Assembly: GCA_038224615.1 (NCBI GenBank)
Contig: JBBRFH010000001.1
Span: 1-48,117 of the forward strand
Direction of reading: 5' to 3'
Source of the DNA: Tepidisphaerales bacterium
GTDB lineage: Bacteria; Planctomycetota; Phycisphaerae; Tepidisphaerales; Tepidisphaeraceae
DNA: 48,117 bases
Shown: one piece after another, positions 45,309-48,117 of the stretch
Position numbering within the stretch: position 1 is the stretch's first letter
How the letters are laid out: each line of letters begins with the position of its first letter
Notes under the pieces: model-generated
What the model was told of the DNA's origin: nothing
Seen by the model: the letters and a program-made list of their open reading frames with translations, nothing else
Databases searched by the model: none
Translations under genes and position numbers: made by a program

Positions 45309-47387
45309 TTACATCGGCAGTAATTGGATGACCTTGTACTCGATGCCCATCGAGGCGAGGACGAGCGCGACGATGATCCACAAGCCCATGGCGGCGATCT
45401 CGCCGACGACCAGGCCGATGAAGACCGACTGGGAGGCGAAGAACAGGCGGCTGCCGCCGAGGCGCACGAGCAGGGTCTTGGCGATCCAGCCGATCAGCAG
45501 GCTCAGCCAGGTCGTCTGCACTCCCCACGAAGTGCTCAGCAGCATTCCCACCGGCGGCAGGGGCCAGCCGGCGAAACGGAGATTGAGAAAACTAAGCACG
45601 AGTGTGACGAGCGCGCCGATACCGAACAGTGCCGCGTGCGAATGGCTGACGGCGGTGCCGTTGCCGGGCGGGATGAAGTTGATCGCCTGCTCGATCGCCA
45701 CCCGCGGCATCGCAACGGTCGGCCATTCCGATAGCGGGGCAACGGGCGGCGTGCCGAGCGTGGCGGCGTAGTTGTAGAAACAGTACAGCGTCGATGCGCC
45801 CGCCGTTACGTAGGCGACGAGCAGCGCCAGCAGCAGCACGCCGACGTAGAGCCATGCCGAACGCTTCGAGCTCTCGCGCTCGACGACGGACTGGTCGGTC
45901 AGGCGCAGCGCCGTCGTCGAGTAGTTGGGCAGTGCCTCTCGCGTGTCGTGTAGAAAGAGGTTGAAGAACACGCGCCCAAAGAAGAACGAGTTGACCGTCG
46001 TGCGCAGCGTCGAACTCTCAAGCCCCTGCACGCCGTAAATCATCGGCTGGGTGAGCGGCGTGGCGATCAGCACGTAGAGGATGCCCGTCTCGGCGACCAC
46101 ACGGCCGACCAGCAGCAGGATCGCGAGCATCATGAGGACGATGATCGCGGCGCCCGCGAACGATGCGCTGGCGGCGACAAGCCACACCATCATGCCGATC
46201 GCACACAGCACCACGCCCCAGCCGGCCAGCGCGTAGGGGAGATAGAACCCGCGGGCGTCGTTCGTGCGACCTTGTCCAACCATCTGCCGCGCGACGGCGT
46301 GGATGTGCTTGCGGGCCACCCACAGGATGATCATGAGCATCACCGTCGCCGACCCCAGCGTCTGGTCCTCCTGCATCGGCAGCGTGTAATCCGAGCCGGC
46401 GCTGCGCATCACCATCTGCATGAGATTGGCGGCCATGCAGAAGGTGACGAGGCTGAGCAGCACACGCGTCTGAACGAAGTAGCTGATCCCGATCACCGTG
46501 AAGTAGATACGCTGCTGGAAGAAGTACCACTCGCCTTGCGACCAGAACGCGCTGTCGGCGAACATCGGCTTGAGGTCGTAACTCAGCGGGATCTCCGGGG
46601 CGTTCGGCGCGTACTGGTGCAGGCCCGAGATCAGATGCGTAAAGAACACGAGTGCCGCGGGGATCCAGAACGATCGGGCGCGGAAGAGCTTGTTGAACGC
46701 GCGGCCCGGCTCGGGCGGGTCGATCAGCGCGCCGTACACGGTCGCGATCGGAAACGGCAGCCGCTCGTTCTCCACCCACTGCCGCCTGAAGATCACGGTG
46801 ATGCACATCAGCGCCGCCAATAACAGGCTGACAAAGATGCCCCACATCGCCAGCGGCCTGACCCACGCGCGCCACGGCACACCGATGACGCGGTTGACGA
46901 ACGTGTCGTCGCCCGCCACCGGCACGCGCCCGTAGAAATTCTGCACCACCGCTTCGTTCCCGCGCTCGGCGGGGTCGGTGCTGGCGAACGTCGGAAACAG
47001 CCAGTCGGGCAAGTGCAGGTTGCGGACGAACTCCGCGTGCTGCGCGTTCTGTGCCGAGATATAGAACGGCCCGACGAGATGCCCCGGCAGGTAACGGAAG
47101 AGCCCGACACTGGGGATCGCGCAACCGACCAGCACCATGCCGACAGTGACGGCCAGTTCATTGCGCGCCAGTGCCCATCGCGGGGCGAGGCGCAGCAGCG
47201 GGGCGTTGACCAGACCGATCACGAGTACGGTGAAGATCACCGCGCCGATCGAGAGCGAGTTGCCGACGATGCCGCTCTGGTTGACGACGTAGTTGTTGTA
47301 GGGGGTGAGGAGGTTGATCAGCACGACGCCGACCAGTCCGATCAGAACGCTGCGAAATGTGACGAAACCCTTCCGCATTTCCGCCAT
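45309..47387 (-). CDS. large polytopic membrane protein of unknown function (692 aa)
   Basis: ORF 45309..48068(-) trimmed to ATG 47387 (MAEMRKGFVTFRSVLIGLVGVVLINLL). At least 14 hydrophobic segments. The upstream 227 codons are antisense to pepP. Confidence 0.75.
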   Translation of the reverse strand: MAEMRKGFVTFRSVLIGLVGVVLINLLTPYNNYVVNQSGIVGNSLSIGAVIFTVLVIGLVNAPLLRLAPRWALARNELAVTVGMVLVGCAIPSVGLFRYLPGHLVGPFYISAQNAQHAEFVRNLHLPDWLFPTFASTDPAERGNEAVVQNFYGRVPVAGDDTFVNRVIGVPWRAWVRPLAMWGIFVSLLLAALMCITVIFRRQWVENERLPFPIATVYGALIDPPEPGRAFNKLFRARSFWIPAALVFFTHLISGLHQYAPNAPEIPLSYDLKPMFADSAFWSQGEWYFFQQRIYFTVIGISYFVQTRVLLSLVTFCMAANLMQMVMRSAGSDYTLPMQEDQTLGSATVMLMIILWVARKHIHAVARQMVGQGRTNDARGFYLPYALAGWGVVLCAIGMMVWLVAASASFAGAAIIVLMMLAILLLVGRVVAETGILYVLIATPLTQPMIYGVQGLESSTLRTTVNSFFFGRVFFNLFLHDTREALPNYSTTALRLTDQSVVERESSKRSAWLYVGVLLLALLVAYVTAGASTLYCFYNYAATLGTPPVAPLSEWPTVAMPRVAIEQAINFIPPGNGTAVSHSHAALFGIGALVTLVLSFLNLRFAGWPLPPVGMLLSTSWGVQTTWLSLLIGWIAKTLLVRLGGSRLFFASQSVFIGLVVGEIAAMGLWIIVALVLASMGIEYKVIQLLPM

Positions 47388-47450
47388 GCCGCGGGATGGT
47401 AGCGGATTCCACGACAGCCGCCCATGTGTTGGATACACTTCGAGGACAGC

Positions 47451-48117
47451 ATGATCACCATTGCCGAACACGTTGCGCGTCGGAACAAATTGCTCAAATC
47501 GCTCGACGGTGCCGTCGCGCTCGTTTTTGCTGGCGAACAGCAGGGGCCGGGCGGAAAGTCGAAGATCGACGATAATTTCGTCTACCTCACCGGGCTGCGC
47601 AACGAACCCGGCGCGGTGCTGATGTTCGACCCAAAAAGCGACAACCCGCAGCGGCGGATCGCGCTTTTCCTCAAGCCCTCCAATCCCGAGATGGAACGCT
47701 GGGAAGGCTACCGCGATCCGATCACGTCGGCCCTCAAGCAGCGGCTGGGCTTCACCACCATCTACCGGACGAACCAACTGCCCGGTTTCGTGACGACGGC
47801 GCTGCGGAAGCGTAAGCATGCCGCCTGCCTGCACCCGTTCGCGGTCTACCCCGCTGCGGTGTCGAGCGACCTGAACGTCTTCCAGCAGGTCGCGCAGCGA
47901 GTGCCGGGGGTGAAGATCGACGACAAGACACAACTGCTGACGGCGCTGCGCGCGGTGAAATCGCCCGCAGAATTGAAGCTCATCGAGCACGCCGCCAGGA
48001 TCACCGAACTGGCCTACGGGCAGGCGATCAAGCACATCCGCGCCGGGCTCAACGAATCCCAACTGCAACTCGCGCTCGAAACCGTCTACAAGCAGCAGGG
48101 CGGCGACATCGCCTACG
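47451..48117 (+). CDS. pepP: Xaa-Pro aminopeptidase (M24B), 3'-partial
   Basis: My own translation from ATG 47451 is open to the window end, so it is absent from the track: MITIAEHVARRNKLL..DNFVYLTGL..LRAVKSPAELKLIEHAARITELAYGQAIKHIRAGLNESQLQLALE. Confidence 0.8.
   Translation, partial: MITIAEHVARRNKLLKSLDGAVALVFAGEQQGPGGKSKIDDNFVYLTGLRNEPGAVLMFDPKSDNPQRRIALFLKPSNPEMERWEGYRDPITSALKQRLGFTTIYRTNQLPGFVTTALRKRKHAACLHPFAVYPAAVSSDLNVFQQVAQRVPGVKIDDKTQLLTALRAVKSPAELKLIEHAARITELAYGQAIKHIRAGLNESQLQLALETVYKQQGGDIAY

Overview
This is a 48.1-kb high-GC chromosomal segment. A hand count of 100 nt in sucD gives 66 G+C. Gene order is scattered: leuD, nuoH and sucD each lack their usual partner genes. An N-terminal 'ERLENRQHLS'-type motif on a secreted Kelch protein and the dense hairpin repeats suggest a Planctomycetota-like genome, but that assignment is inference only. 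Most of the window is housekeeping: aroA, leuD, nuoH, a SEDS-family ftsW/rodA, sucD, metF, pgl, gnd, an FGGY kinase, an LpxL-family acyltransferase and a partial pepP. There is also an ECF sigma / anti-sigma / PDZ operon, a RelE/ParE-type toxin-antitoxin pair next to a Uma2 nuclease, and a five-gene reductive pyrimidine catabolism cluster at 37.3-45.2 kb. The main finding is a lower-GC island at about 17.4-21.4 kb. It carries a stand-alone compact type V CRISPR-Cas locus: a 771-aa Cas12b-like effector (RuvC D477/E595/D707 plus a CxxC..CxxC zinc ribbon) and a five-repeat array (36-nt repeats, 36-nt spacers). A strong candidate tracrRNA anti-repeat lies about 180 bp upstream of the effector gene. 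No cas1, cas2 or cas4 is present. Almost every intergenic region holds hairpin repeats built from tandem 7-9-nt units, and a separate ~115-nt structured repeat occurs three times. Many long ORFs in the supplied track are antisense artefacts of the high GC content and were not called. The track also treats GTG and TTG as starts, so several starts were moved to internal ATGs.
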